Shown here piece after piece: positions 52,301 to 64,000 of a DNA stretch of 64,000 nt; the first letter of the stretch is position 1; every line of letters begins with the position of its first letter. The notes below the pieces were generated by a model. That model was not told the origin of the DNA. It saw only the letters and a program-made list of their open reading frames with translations, and did not search any database. A program made the position numbers and the translations under genes. The stretch lies in assembly GCA_964016885.1 (NCBI GenBank), contig OZ024743.1, positions 158,472,001 through 158,536,000 of the forward strand. Direction: 5' to 3'. The DNA comes from Eledone cirrhosa (Eukaryota).

Positions 52301-52822
52301 CTTTGAGACCACATTGGGGTTTAATTCAATAATGCAGCACTGTGGGCTAGTGACTTCTAATAAGCCTTGAATTGACTAAAACTTTGTGAATGAAAATTTG
52401 GTAGATTGAAACTAAATAGCTCATATATATACATGTACATATATACCCTGCATGCACCCCCACTCACACACTGAAACATATATACGTAGGTGCAGCTACA
52501 GTTATGTTGAATATGTTTGTTTGCTTGTGTTTGTGTTTGTGTTTGACATAACACCACAGGTTTTTTGAAAAATCAATGTTCAAAAACATAATTTACCACT
52601 TGGTAAAATATAGATTGATGAAATAAATACCAGACTGAAATATATTATAGGATCAATATGATTGACTAAAAACTTTTGAAGACAGTGCCCCAGCTTGGTA
52701 ACAGTCCAGTGTCTAAAACCAGTAAAAGAATAAAGGAAAATGTTTGTATATGAAACAGCAGTCACCACACAAAGTAGTTTGCAAACAGTGTCAATATGCT
52801 GTTTTGTGGTAACTGGTCTACT

Positions 52823-52891
<69 letters not shown>

Positions 52892-53090
52892 GATGGGCTT
52901 CCTTACAACTTCTGTCTACTAAATTCACACAACCTGGACCTATAGTAGATAACACTTGCCTAAGGTGCCACATAGTGGGACTGATCCTGAAACCACGTGG
53001 TTGTGAACTGAATGTCAGCACTTTATATATATATATATATAAGAAAATGAGTTTTTAAAAAAAAACCGAGATGTCTCACACGGGTGAAAG

Positions 53091-53430
53091 TATAAGGAAA
53101 CGAAATTGAAAATGCAACTGGAGTCTTTTAAAAATATTTATTTATTTACTTCACCGGTTTCACAGTTCTTATGGATTTTCAAAAGTAAAATTGAGATGGA
53201 GGGTTTGTGTTTCTGTTGTGGTTTGTCTCACATCTGGTTCGTGTTCGAAAGTTCTTTCTGTTTTATACGGAAAGAGTGGCTCGAATTGCTGTTAATTTTG
53301 TGCCAGTTCATGTTCAGCACAAGGGCATTAAACACATAACTCGTATACTTGACGAGTACGCTACTATTACTCCAATGACCCAACTGCATTTAAAAGACTC
53401 CAGTTGCATTTTCAATTTCTTTTCCTTATA
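53091..53430. repeat. Inverted repeat (40-bp arms) between (TA)n tracts; a similar one lies at 59754-59956
   Basis: TATAAGGAAA..AAATTGAAAATGCAACTGGAGTCTTTTA / TAAAAGACTCCAGTTGCATTTTCAATTT..TTCCTTATA. Confidence 0.75.
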
Positions 53431-53659
53431 TATATATATAAGATTTAATATAGAAATGGCTTCTACAGGACTAGAACTGTTTCATTCAAAGGAAATCATC
53501 AGTACTCTATGTATTGAGTACCTTACTGTGGTTACTTCCGATTGAATTCAATATTCACACACATATTATATATATACATTGGTGGATTGACAATATCATT
53601 AGAGGGTCGGACGCCATGCTTTGGTGCATAGTTACGGCCCTTGCCGTTCTGAGTCCAAC

Positions 53660-56600
53660 CAGTAAATATACTACTGCCAAACACTATGAACACAACGATT
53701 GAAATTTGCAACAACTGCGTAAACAGCAATAACACTAACCATGTTAGGGCTGCGCACGGTAGTGGGGTGGCTAGTGAGGCCATGTGTGAGAACCCCACGA
53801 CCGTCATCAGGCAATCACACAACAGGAAAAAGAACAAGATGTCGCATCTCAGAGTTGCCACACTTAATGTTGGCACACTAACAGGTAGATCTGGTGAGAT
53901 AGCGGAGATGCTGGAGAGAAGGCATGTGGATGTGTGCTGTGTGCAAGAGGTGAGATGGAGAGGTGCCTCTGCAAGACTAATCGCAGGCAAACATCGTAGT
54001 TATAAGCTTTTCTGGGTGGGTAATGATGATGAGTTAGGTGGGGTGGGCATATTACTGGCTGAGAGGTGGATCAATAAGACAATAGAGGTAGTTAGAGTTA
54101 GTGATAGAATAATTAAGCTTAGGTTAGTTGTAGGCAAGAGACTACTGACAATCAGCTCTGCCTATGCTCCCCAGGCAGCCTAGGTAAAGAAGAGAAAGAC
54201 TGCTTTTACGAGCAACTTTTACAAACAGCCTCAATGACAGAGACATCGTTATGCTAGCAGGGGACTTCAATGGACATGTTGGACAACTCCAGGATGGATA
54301 CACTGGGGTACATGATGGGCACGGTTACGGCTCAAGAAATGAAGAAGGAGTGAGGCTTCTTGAGTTTTGTGATGCAAATGCACTAACCATTTGCAACACT
54401 AACTTCCAGAAGCCTACCAACCACCTAATAACCTACAAATCAGGTGAGCACATAAGCCAGATTGACTTCCTGCTAGTTAGACAGCAAGACAAAATATTAA
54501 GGCATACCCTGGGGAAGAATGTACCCACAGCATAGGTTAGTTGTTAGTACATCTCAGTAAGCATGAGAAAGAATGAGACATACAGGAAGGTGTGGAAAAG
54601 AAAGGTCTGGAAGCTAAAAGACCTTTTATTAAAATATAAATTTAGCAAAGCCCTTCAAGACGTGTATGACGAAAAAGAAGACGATTTAGAGTTGTATGAC
54701 ATAGATGATAACTGGAATTTCTTACGTGACAACTTATTGCAGGCTACTGAAGAAACTTGTGGTTGGGGCAGAGCTTCACCCAGACAGAGTGACCTGGTGG
54801 TGGAACAACACAGTAGATAGGGCCATTAGAGACAAAAGACTGGCATGGAAGGCTTGGAAAAATGGTGGGAGTAGGGAAGGATACACAGCTGCTAGGAGAG
54901 AAGCTAGACGTCAGGTGTACTTAGCACGCAGAGGGGCTGAGAGTAGGAGGTTTACCAATGTTCTGCGATGGGAAGATCAGAGGTGTGCGGTGTTCCACAT
55001 TGCAAGGCAGTGTGTCAATGCAAATCAGGATGTTGTTGGAGATAAATGTATCCGGAATGATGCCGGTGTACTTAGTGTCACAAATGATCAAAAAAAGGAA
55101 GCCTGGAAATGTCACTGAGAGACTGATGAATGTGGAGAATGAATGGGACAGAGAGAAATTACCCCCAGTAGACCCCACAGAGGGACCAGCTATTGAGATT
55201 GACGAATATAGGGTACAAGTGGCAATTAAAGAAATAAAGAATGGTAAGGCTGCTGAACCGTCGGGGATAGTTGGTGAGATGCTGAAGGCATCAGGTGAAG
55301 TAGGCATTAAACTGGTTGCACGCATCATCAATCAAGTTATATATGGTGGTGTCATACCCAAAGACTGCTACAAAGGTAAAGGGGATGCTCTAGAGAGGAG
55401 CAATTATAGGGGCATAAAGCTGATGGATCAGGTTATGAAAGTAGCAGAGAGAATATTAGCGCAACTGATTAGAGAAAGGGTCAAATTAGATGAGATGCAG
55501 TTTGGTTTTGTGCCTGGGAAAAGTACAACACATGCTCTCTTAGTGAGGTAACTACAAGAGAAGTTCTTAGAGAAGAATAAGCTACTATACTTATCTTTTG
55601 TTGACCTAGAGAAGGCCTTTGTTAGGGTACCCCGATCTGTCATCTGGTGGTCCCTAAGGAAACTAAGTGTAGAGGAATGGCTTGTGAGGGCAGTGCAAGC
55701 TATGTATAAGAGTGCTGTCAGTAAAGTGAGAGTAGGTATGGAGTTTAGTGAGGAATTCCAGATACAAGTAGGTGTACATCAGGGTTCGGTCCTCAGCCCG
55801 CTCTTATTCATTATAGTCCTCCAAGCCATAACAGAGGAGTTTAAGACTGGATGCCCATGGGAACTTCTATATGCTGATGATCTGGCTCTTATAGCAGAAT
55901 CAGTAGAGGAGCTAGAGAATAAATTCTGGCTATGGAAACAGCAGTTGGAATCAAGAGGACTGAGAGTGAACATAGCTAAGACAAAAGTGTTAAGTAGAAG
56001 AGAGGACAATACTCCGATTCCATCAGGGAAATGGCCATGTTCGATATGTAGGAAAGGAACTGGCATAAATTCCATAAAATGTACGCAATGCTGACATAAG
56101 AGATGTAGTGGGATAGCAGGCAAACTAACAGGTAGGGAAAACTGTATGCAGTAGATGTACAGGAAAAGTTAGCAGTATTAATCGCAGTGATAGACACATT
56201 TTTCCAATGCAGGTGGGTTCTATAGAAGTGGTTGATAGCTTCCGGTACCTAGGTGATCAGATTAGCATGGGGGAGGGATGTTCCGAGGCCATAGTATCTA
56301 GAATAAGGACGGGTTGGAAGAAGTTTAGGGAGCTGCTTCCTTTATATGATGCTTGTGTGAGATGCGCGATGCTGCATGGTAGTGAGACATGGGTGGCAAC
56401 TGCAGAGGATATGCGACGGCTGGAGAGAAATGAAACAAGTATGCTCCGTTGGATGTGCAATGTCAGTGTGTGTGAACGACCAAGCATGGACGAGTTGAGA
56501 AAGAAACTGGGTATAAGAGGGATAAGTTGTGGTGTGCAGGAGAGAAGGCTGAGATGGTATGGACATGTGAGGCTCATGGAGGATGGCCACTGGGTAAAGA

Positions 56601-56812
56601 AGTGCCAAGAAATCGCAGTAGAAGGAAGACACAGTAGAGGTAGACCACGTAAAACATGGGCGGAGGTGGTGAGAGCAGACCTCAGATCGCTGAAACTCAC
56701 CGAGGAGATGACGAAGGACCGTGAGAAGTGGAGAGATGCTGTGCTGAATAGGACTCGTCCAACCCTTGCAAGCAGGGAAAAGGGGACGTAAAATGATGAT
56801 GATGATGATGAT
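53660..56812 (+). mobile_element. Near-full-length RTE-clade LINE (APE endonuclease + RT), inactivated by stops and frameshifts, (ATG)n tail
   Basis: APE motifs ATLNVGTL, VQEVRW, GGVGILL, AYAPQ, GDFNGHVG, SQIDF. RT motifs NYRGIKL, QFGFVPG, FVDLEKAF, GVHQGSVLSP, LYADD, FRYLG, GSETW, RLRWYGHV, RGRPRKTW. Confidence 0.93.
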
Positions 56813-59800
56813 TATTAGATTAACACATGTACATGCAATAACAAGGAAGCATCTATGCCATTTCAACCTGCTAAAAATACTAGCTAAATCTTTTTCAATT
56901 TACACACTGTTATCTAAATAACAAAAATGACACATTAATTGAACAAATGAGTTGGTCACAGGTGAAATCCTCTTGATCATTTGTCTGTTGGAGATAAATA
57001 ACAATTTTACCTGTCAAATTAATAACAACTGATGTGAAATATCAATATTCCTATTTAGAAGTAGATTTATATCTTAATTCATTTCTCATCTATTTATTTT
57101 GAATCTGCAACTAAACACCAGACTGAATATATTGTATGAAATATATAATGTGCTGTTAACCTTTTAATAGGTCACTGGGTCAGTATTAAATACTTTGCTT
57201 CATGACTTTGTGTCAAGGACTAAGCAGTATAAATATAAATGTCTCCTAAATGCTGAGGTCTTTTAAGGGCCACAACTTTGCTTGGCTTGTTGTTTAACCC
57301 AAGCTGAACCCTGATTGAGCGGACTTATGTATGATCAAAGGTGTTTCAGCCATGACAATCCCATCTTTTTAGATTTGTGTACATATCAAATTATTGAATG
57401 TGCGAAGGTCTTTTTTTAAAGATGGTTAGGTGTGATTGTGTAGAGGCTCCCTCATAGCGTGAGATAAATCTTTCTCCTATATAGGATGCCTGCTGCCTAT
57501 CAACAGGTAGTATTTGGGACTTACTTATTTCTAACAACTCAATGAACTGTAGCAATGTAAAATAAAATATTCTACTCAGAAATACAATAGTTAGTTAATC
57601 TTGTGTTGTCAGTCATGCTCGAGGCTATTGATACTTGTGAGGAGTCATAGCTACTCTCGGGTCCCAAATAAAAGGGGTGGGGTGGTGGTGGTGAGCTTGG
57701 AATAAGCAGTGTGTTGGAAAATAGGTAATTTTTCTAGATTGTCTCCATTGATTAATTTAAAAACCAGAATTAGTTGTTTAGTTTACATCGAGACTTCAAC
57801 CCATCCTATTTATTTTATAACGTTTGGGATTTTTTGTAATGTTCTTTCTTTGTCAAGTATAATGTTTTTAATGTCTTAGAATAAAATTTCTGTGGAGGTA
57901 GATTAACAAAATTTAATAAGTGAGCAGGTTGGAATAAGAGTGGGGATGGGTGGGTGGTTATTAGAGAGTATGTGTAGTAAATGAAGTGAACATAAGTTCA
58001 AGTCATCAAAATAAAATCTAGTTTTCAAATTTGGTTCATTAAGACATACATCATCAGCATTGTTATATTTAAATCCATTTTTACATGTTGATATATGTTG
58101 GATGGGACAGTATTTTATAGCTGGATACCCTTTCTTATATCGATTCTTATATTTGCCTTGTTACTGAAGCAAGGGTATGACATTATTCTAAAAAAACTAA
58201 GATACTCATAATCAGGGTGGTGAATTGGCAGTATCGGTAGAGGGTTGGACATGCTTTCCAGCATAGTTACGTCCCTTTATGATCTGAGTTCAAATCCTGC
58301 CGAGGCTAACTTTGCCTTTCATCCTTACGGGGTGAATAAAATAAAGTGCCAGTAATGTACTGGGATAATTGCTGGCCTTGTGCCAAAAGTAGAAACAATT
58401 ATTCATACTTGGATATTGTGGATACCATACATTGTATTACCACTCATCTCAGTTTTTCTTTATCTCATCTGTTAGATTTAAGTTATCATCATAGTCTCAA
58501 CCATCAACCACAATGTTTTAACACATTTCTTTTTTTCATGTTCTTAAGATAGGGTGTAATTTGAGGGATATTTGGCTGTTATTTCTAGCAAACTTGTGTT
58601 GGTAGTTATTGTTGATGTTGTTTCACTCCAGGTCTATATTTCAGCAATGACTATTACATTCTTTCTTCTGGAATAATATACTATGAACTAAATTACCCAA
58701 TGTATTTTGTTATAAGATGGTTGTATGTAGTTTCAGGAAAATTTGGCTGCTATTTCGAGCAAGTGGAGCGACTTCAGTGTTTTGTTTGTGTTGGTGGTTT
58801 CAGTGAGAAGTGGTGGGGCTTTTTTTCTTTGCCCTTTGTTTGTTTCTGTGACAGTAACCTTGAAATATGAGTTTTATTTAGCATTATTATTGTGACTGAC
58901 ATACAGCTGTCAGAGATGAACTGAAGATTATGATATTGGTGACAATAATTTTGGTGAGTGTGATGATGATGATGATGATGATGGTAATAATAAGTATGAT
59001 GTTGGTGATGATTATATTGATGATGATGATGATGATAGTAAAGACTGTGATGGTGATAGGTGAGTAACTGTTAATACCCCAGATTAGGATTAGCTGACTT
59101 TTGAGATATTAACTTTGTCAATGGCTTACAGATTAGAGTAGTTGTGTGAGTGATTATGGCTTGTGGCAACTATGGTAGCTAGCTAGGTGCATGCTGTAAG
59201 ATGTGTGTGTGTTTAGTGAATTTTCCTTTCTCTCTCATTTGTTTCATGAATTTCTGTTTGTGTGTATATGTGCATAATTAATTGGTTTTTGTGTGTATAT
59301 AGGTGAATTTAATCAGTTTCTGTGAATATGTTTAATGATTTTTTTTTTTTTGAATGTGTATTTATGTTAAATTTCAGTATGTATATGTGTGTTTTATCTA
59401 CCAGCTGAGCACAGGCATGGTTCAATGGTTAAACAGTTTGTTTTGCAATTATCAGTTTCTGGGTTAGGTACCACTTTGCAAGATCTTGTGAAAATGTCTT
59501 TCACAATAGCTTCATGTTAATCCCGGCCTTGTAAATGAACTTGCTTAGATAGACTGTAGAAGCTTGCCAGATGAATCATACATGTAATTCAAAAGCCCAG
59601 CTTAGTAACACATAGAGGGTCACATCAATTCTACTTAACCCTTTCATTACTAACCCCTGTTTCCACTATACAAAGGCTGTTTGTTTTAAAAAGTGTTTAT
59701 CTAAAAACCACCCAGTGGTCATGTATAGAAGAATAACTCAAACAGGCTCGCCCCTTATCTCCCTTTGTTGTGGAACTCTTCTTTGCTAGAAGTCAAAGCC

Positions 59801-60984
59801 TTTTTGTCATAAATAAGTCTCGAACACTCTTTGCTTTTCTCAAACTTTATTTCTGAAGCAATAACAAAAGAAGTGTCCATGAGTAAGCCATTTGCAAAAT
59901 GATGAAAGAGCTTTGACTTCTAGCAAAGAAGAGTTCCACAACAAAGGGAGATAAGTGGCAAGACTGTATCAGTCGTATTCCTCTAGTGTGGGCATTAAGA
60001 ATGGCATCCAGCCATAGTAACCAAGCCAAAATCAGTTCTGTATGAGCAAGACACGATCATCTGATCTGGCTTGTCTCACAACGGGACAACTCAGATGTTA
60101 AGCTGTGGTGGTAATGATGATGATGATGATGAGCCAATGTGAGAGCCTCTGTGCAAATGATTCTTAAGTCGTTTTTGAGCAGATAAAAATGTATTAAGAA
60201 AAGGTATTTACATATATTGAACTTATGATAGGAAATTATTTAGTATTATATTCAGTAAATGAAGTAAGTCTTTATATCGAGAATTTCAGTGTTTATTTTT
60301 TCATAGTTTTTGAAATATAATTTTAATATTTTTGTAGTTTGCCTAGTTACAGTTCACAACACTTATCTTATATGGTCATGTAACCTTCTAGAATCAGCAG
60401 CTAAATCTCCTTCAAATCACAATCTACTGTCAACAAGAAAAAAAAAAGAGGAATACACCGTATTGAATAATGTAGTTTGGGTGTACACTAAACTTAGAAA
60501 AAAAAGATGGGATGGGCATGGCTAGAATTCCTTTGGTCGTAGGTTTAATCAATGAAGGTTGACTTGAGGCTAAAGAACAACTACACAACTGTACAAATTA
60601 CCAGTTAATTGGTTGTACTTGACACTCAGCATCTAGTTCTTATCTACTCCTCCTTTCTTACAGGTAAGGACACTTACTAGATGGTACTGGGTGTTTTGCT
60701 TTTCACCTTGATGGCATTTAAATTCTTTGGACTCTACATCATTCCTCTATGTTCTTCAACAATTTGCTTGAGTTGGATATTACGAAAACTTCATTAAAAA
60801 GAAGTCATTTTACCCTCAAGAATAGACATTATTCTTGTTTTTTTTTCATATAGAGGTTGAAAAATGTTTGTTTATTTAGACTGATTATTGAACAGACAAA
60901 TTAATTAATTGTTTAGTTGATCATATGCTTTCTTTATCTAGATAGATTATTTACCCCCAAATGTGTATCATTATTACTAACAGC

Positions 60985-61611
60985 TGGCGGTGGATTGGCA
61001 GTATCGGTAGAGGGTCGGACGCCATGCTTTCCAGCATAGTTACGTCCCTTTACGATCTGAGTTCAAATCCCGCCAAGATTAACTTTGCCTTTCATCCTTA
61101 CGAGGTCGATAAAATAAAGTACCAGTAATGTACTGGGTAATTGCTGGCCTTGTGCCAAAAGTAGAAACAATTATTACTAACAGCAATGGTGGTGGCTTGA
61201 CAGAATAATTAGAGCATTAGACAAAATGCTTTGCAGCATTTTCTTAAGGCCTTTTACATTTAGTCCAACTCCTGCTGAGATTAACTTTGTCTTTCATCCG
61301 CCTGGGATTGATAAAATAAAGTATCAGTCAAGTCCTGGGGTTTATGTAATCGACTTATCCCTCCATCATCAAATTGCTGGTCTTGTGTCTAAATTACAAA
61401 TCATTATTATTAACAGTAGGTACGGTGGATTTGCAGTATCGGTAGAGGGTCGAACGCCATGCTTTGACGCATAGAGTTACGGTCCTTGCCATTCTGAGTT
61501 CAAATCCCGCCAAGGTTAACTTTGCCTTTCATCCTTACGGGGTCGATATAATAAAGTACCAGTAATGCACCGGGTAATTGCTGGCCTTGTGCCAAAAGTA
61601 GAAACAATTAA
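60985..61611 (+). mobile_element. Three tandem co-oriented SINEs (about 60985-61169, 61185-61405, 61419-61611)
   Basis: Each has the family body. TSDs ATTATTACTAACAGC (60970/61170) and TATTAACAGTA (61408/61612). Confidence 0.9.
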
Positions 61612-63626
61612 TATTAACAGTAAGTGACTCTTTTCATGGCCTCTGAAAGTGGAAAGACTATTCTCAAACCTGTGACCTAGCTCAAGTGCTCGTATAAGAG
61701 TGCTAAAAGGTGGTGGTCTTAAACTGGGAAACAGATTCAATCTACCACCCAGATGGGTCCTCCTTCTCATTCTCTTGTATTTTGATTTGACATTCTTTTT
61801 AGATGGGGTTAGAAATTATAAATGCATAAGTGGGCCGAAAAAGCAACAAAACAATGGAAGATTTCTAACAGGTCTAGTGATCACATGGAGGCTTCTTTGG
61901 CTCTGATACCTCTACGAAATATTAGGTGTTGCTGTTATTGTTGCTTAACCCTAGGTCAGGCCTCATTGAGAAGTCCTATGGTTATATTTAAAGGGCTGTG
62001 CATTGGCAGGATAAGTAAAACATTATCCCAAATGTCTTGTGTTATTTAATTACGTCTGATGTTAGCTTTGCTTTTCTTCCTTCTGTGTCGATAAAGTAAA
62101 GTATCAGTAAACTTTTGGGTTGATATAAGCAATTTTCCTCTGATTCTCAGATTGTAGGCCTTGTGTCTAAATTAGACCCCCCCCCAGCCATTAATTACTA
62201 GGCCAATAATGATAACAATATTAGTGGTGGTGATAATGATGTTGATGATATTTTCAGTGATTGATCAAGCAGACCTATGAACAAAAGCTTTGCAGCTGTG
62301 ACCATCCCATTTTTTTTGTATATCTAGGACTACATACATTGTTCACGTTGCCCTTTAAATTATCATGTGAGGAAAGTCTGGCTGCTATTTCTAGCGAGTT
62401 CTGCAGTCATGTTGTGGTTTCCTAGTGGAGTCATTAAAAGTAGCTATGGTAGCAATAACAGCAGCATTAATGCCAGCAGGAAGAGTAGTACAGGCAGTAG
62501 CCCAATTGGCACTGAGTGAGGGCTTTTGTATACATTGGAATCCATTAGCCTACTTTTTTGTTTTTTGTTGGAAATCTAAGGATTCTGTGTATCTGACAGG
62601 CTTGCTTTAACAAACACAATAATAATAATAAAAAAAAAATTAGGGAGATAAAGAAGGATTCAACCATCCCCTCCTCATCTTCCTTTCAATCCTGACTCTA
62701 CTCTGCTGATTTTATATGGGTGGAGTTGAGGAAGATGGAAATAGATCCTGTGGAGTTTTATATGAGGGAAAAAAAAATGGCATGATTGTGATGGTAGTGG
62801 TGTGGAGGAAATGTTTTGTCTGTTAGATAGGAATCAGGCAGGGTGATTTTTTTTTCTTTTTTTTTCTGTATATGTTATTTATTTGTGAAAGATTTTATAT
62901 TGTTTAGATTTTATTATCCTCCCTCCTTATAAACCCTATTTTTTTTCTTTTGGTTCTAATAAGCCCTATTTTTTTCTGCAACTTCTATGCAGTTGATCAA
63001 CCAACTAGAAATAGTAGCTAAATCACATTCTACCGCTTTAAAAAAAAAGGACAAATTGGACAATGTATGTAGGACTATATTCTCCAATGTGTCCTTCCTT
63101 TTTTCAAGATGGTCGGCTGTAATTTGTGTATAGGCCTTATTGACTTGAAGTTGTTGATTGAGCTATGATGAGAGGCATTTCAGCCGTGGTAATGCTATAA
63201 ATGTTTTTTATTGTTCTGTTCCTTTTTAAACAGTACAGTTTGATTTAGCTGTCATTTCTAGAAGATCAAGTAACCATTGCAGCAGATTAGGAAGTGAACT
63301 TCTATAGTGGTGTAATGCTCCTTGAGAAAGTGGAGGATACACTTTTTGACAGAGATATGACAGATTTACAAAATTATATTAGGAAACATACAATTCTGTT
63401 CAAACCTGCCAATACAACCTTCATTTTGGGTATGAAAAAAAAAAAACATTCGTCCAGTCTTCCAAAATTTTTCATGTTTTTTTTAAAAGACAAACAGTTT
63501 ACTATATACAACCTTTTTCCATATTATATCGAGGTCCTTTATGGTCCTTAAAAACAAACAAACTTACAACTTAAGTCACACACATATACATACACATCGA
63601 TTCAAAGAAAATTGTGTGCACTCCTC

Positions 63627-63677
<51 letters not shown>

Positions 63678-63709
63678 GTATATATATATATGTATATATA
63701 TATATGTAT

Positions 63710-64000
63710 ATATTGTTATACTTTGGGAGGGTCATGTTGCCAATAAGAAACACACGCACCAGTTGCTTTCACTTCAATTTAATTTAATATATATTTATAA
63801 ATTTACAAATTTATAAATTTCTGGTTGGTTGGTTGGTTCCAACCAACCAACCAGAAATTTATAAATTTGTAAATTTATAAATATATATTAAATTAAATTG
63901 AAGTGAAAGCAACTGGTGCGTGTGTTTCTTATTGGCAACATGACCCTCCCAAAGTATAACAATATCGGTTTCAACACACGATTTCAGATAAAGAATCTTG
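63710..64000. repeat. Perfect hairpin of main-family pLTR end (centre about 63838), running off the window
   Basis: 63710-63836 is the reverse complement of 63839-63965. The forward arm continues CGGTTTCAACACACGATTTCAG. The left end is in (TA)n. Confidence 0.92.

Noticed and set aside
63294-63551. 85-aa plus ORF as a possible host exon
   Set aside because: Runs into poly-A/poly-T, has no known motif, and no clear splice donor.

Overview
AT-rich, microsatellite-dense eukaryotic DNA. It is probably from an octopus, an inference from the tRNA-derived SINE family and the RTE LINE with (ATG)n tails. No intact host coding gene is recognisable; the window is mostly nested mobile elements. It contains a near-complete Penelope-like retroelement (PLE; RT + GIY-YIG, 1321-5965, one in-frame TGA) and a second C-rich PLE RT remnant (23197-26048). 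DNA transposons are a Chapaev3-type element with TIRs and a TAA target duplication (21136-22879) and a hAT element (27104-29361). LINEs are a near-full-length decayed RTE element with a PHD-like finger inside its RT (about 53660-56812) plus R4/Dong, Tx1, CRE and RTE fragments. SINEs are numerous. Three signals stand out. (1) About ten distinct minimal type-I hammerhead-like motifs occur, mostly inside fold-back palindromes embedded in (TA)n/(CA)n tracts. (2) Several copies of one PLE family share the same two AATAT termini, suggesting fixed-site twin priming on TA microsatellites. (3) Four plus-strand YAG|GTRA sites lie 10-20 kb apart and resemble recursive-splicing ratchet points of a very long intron. 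Family assignments come from motif recognition by eye; no searches were run.
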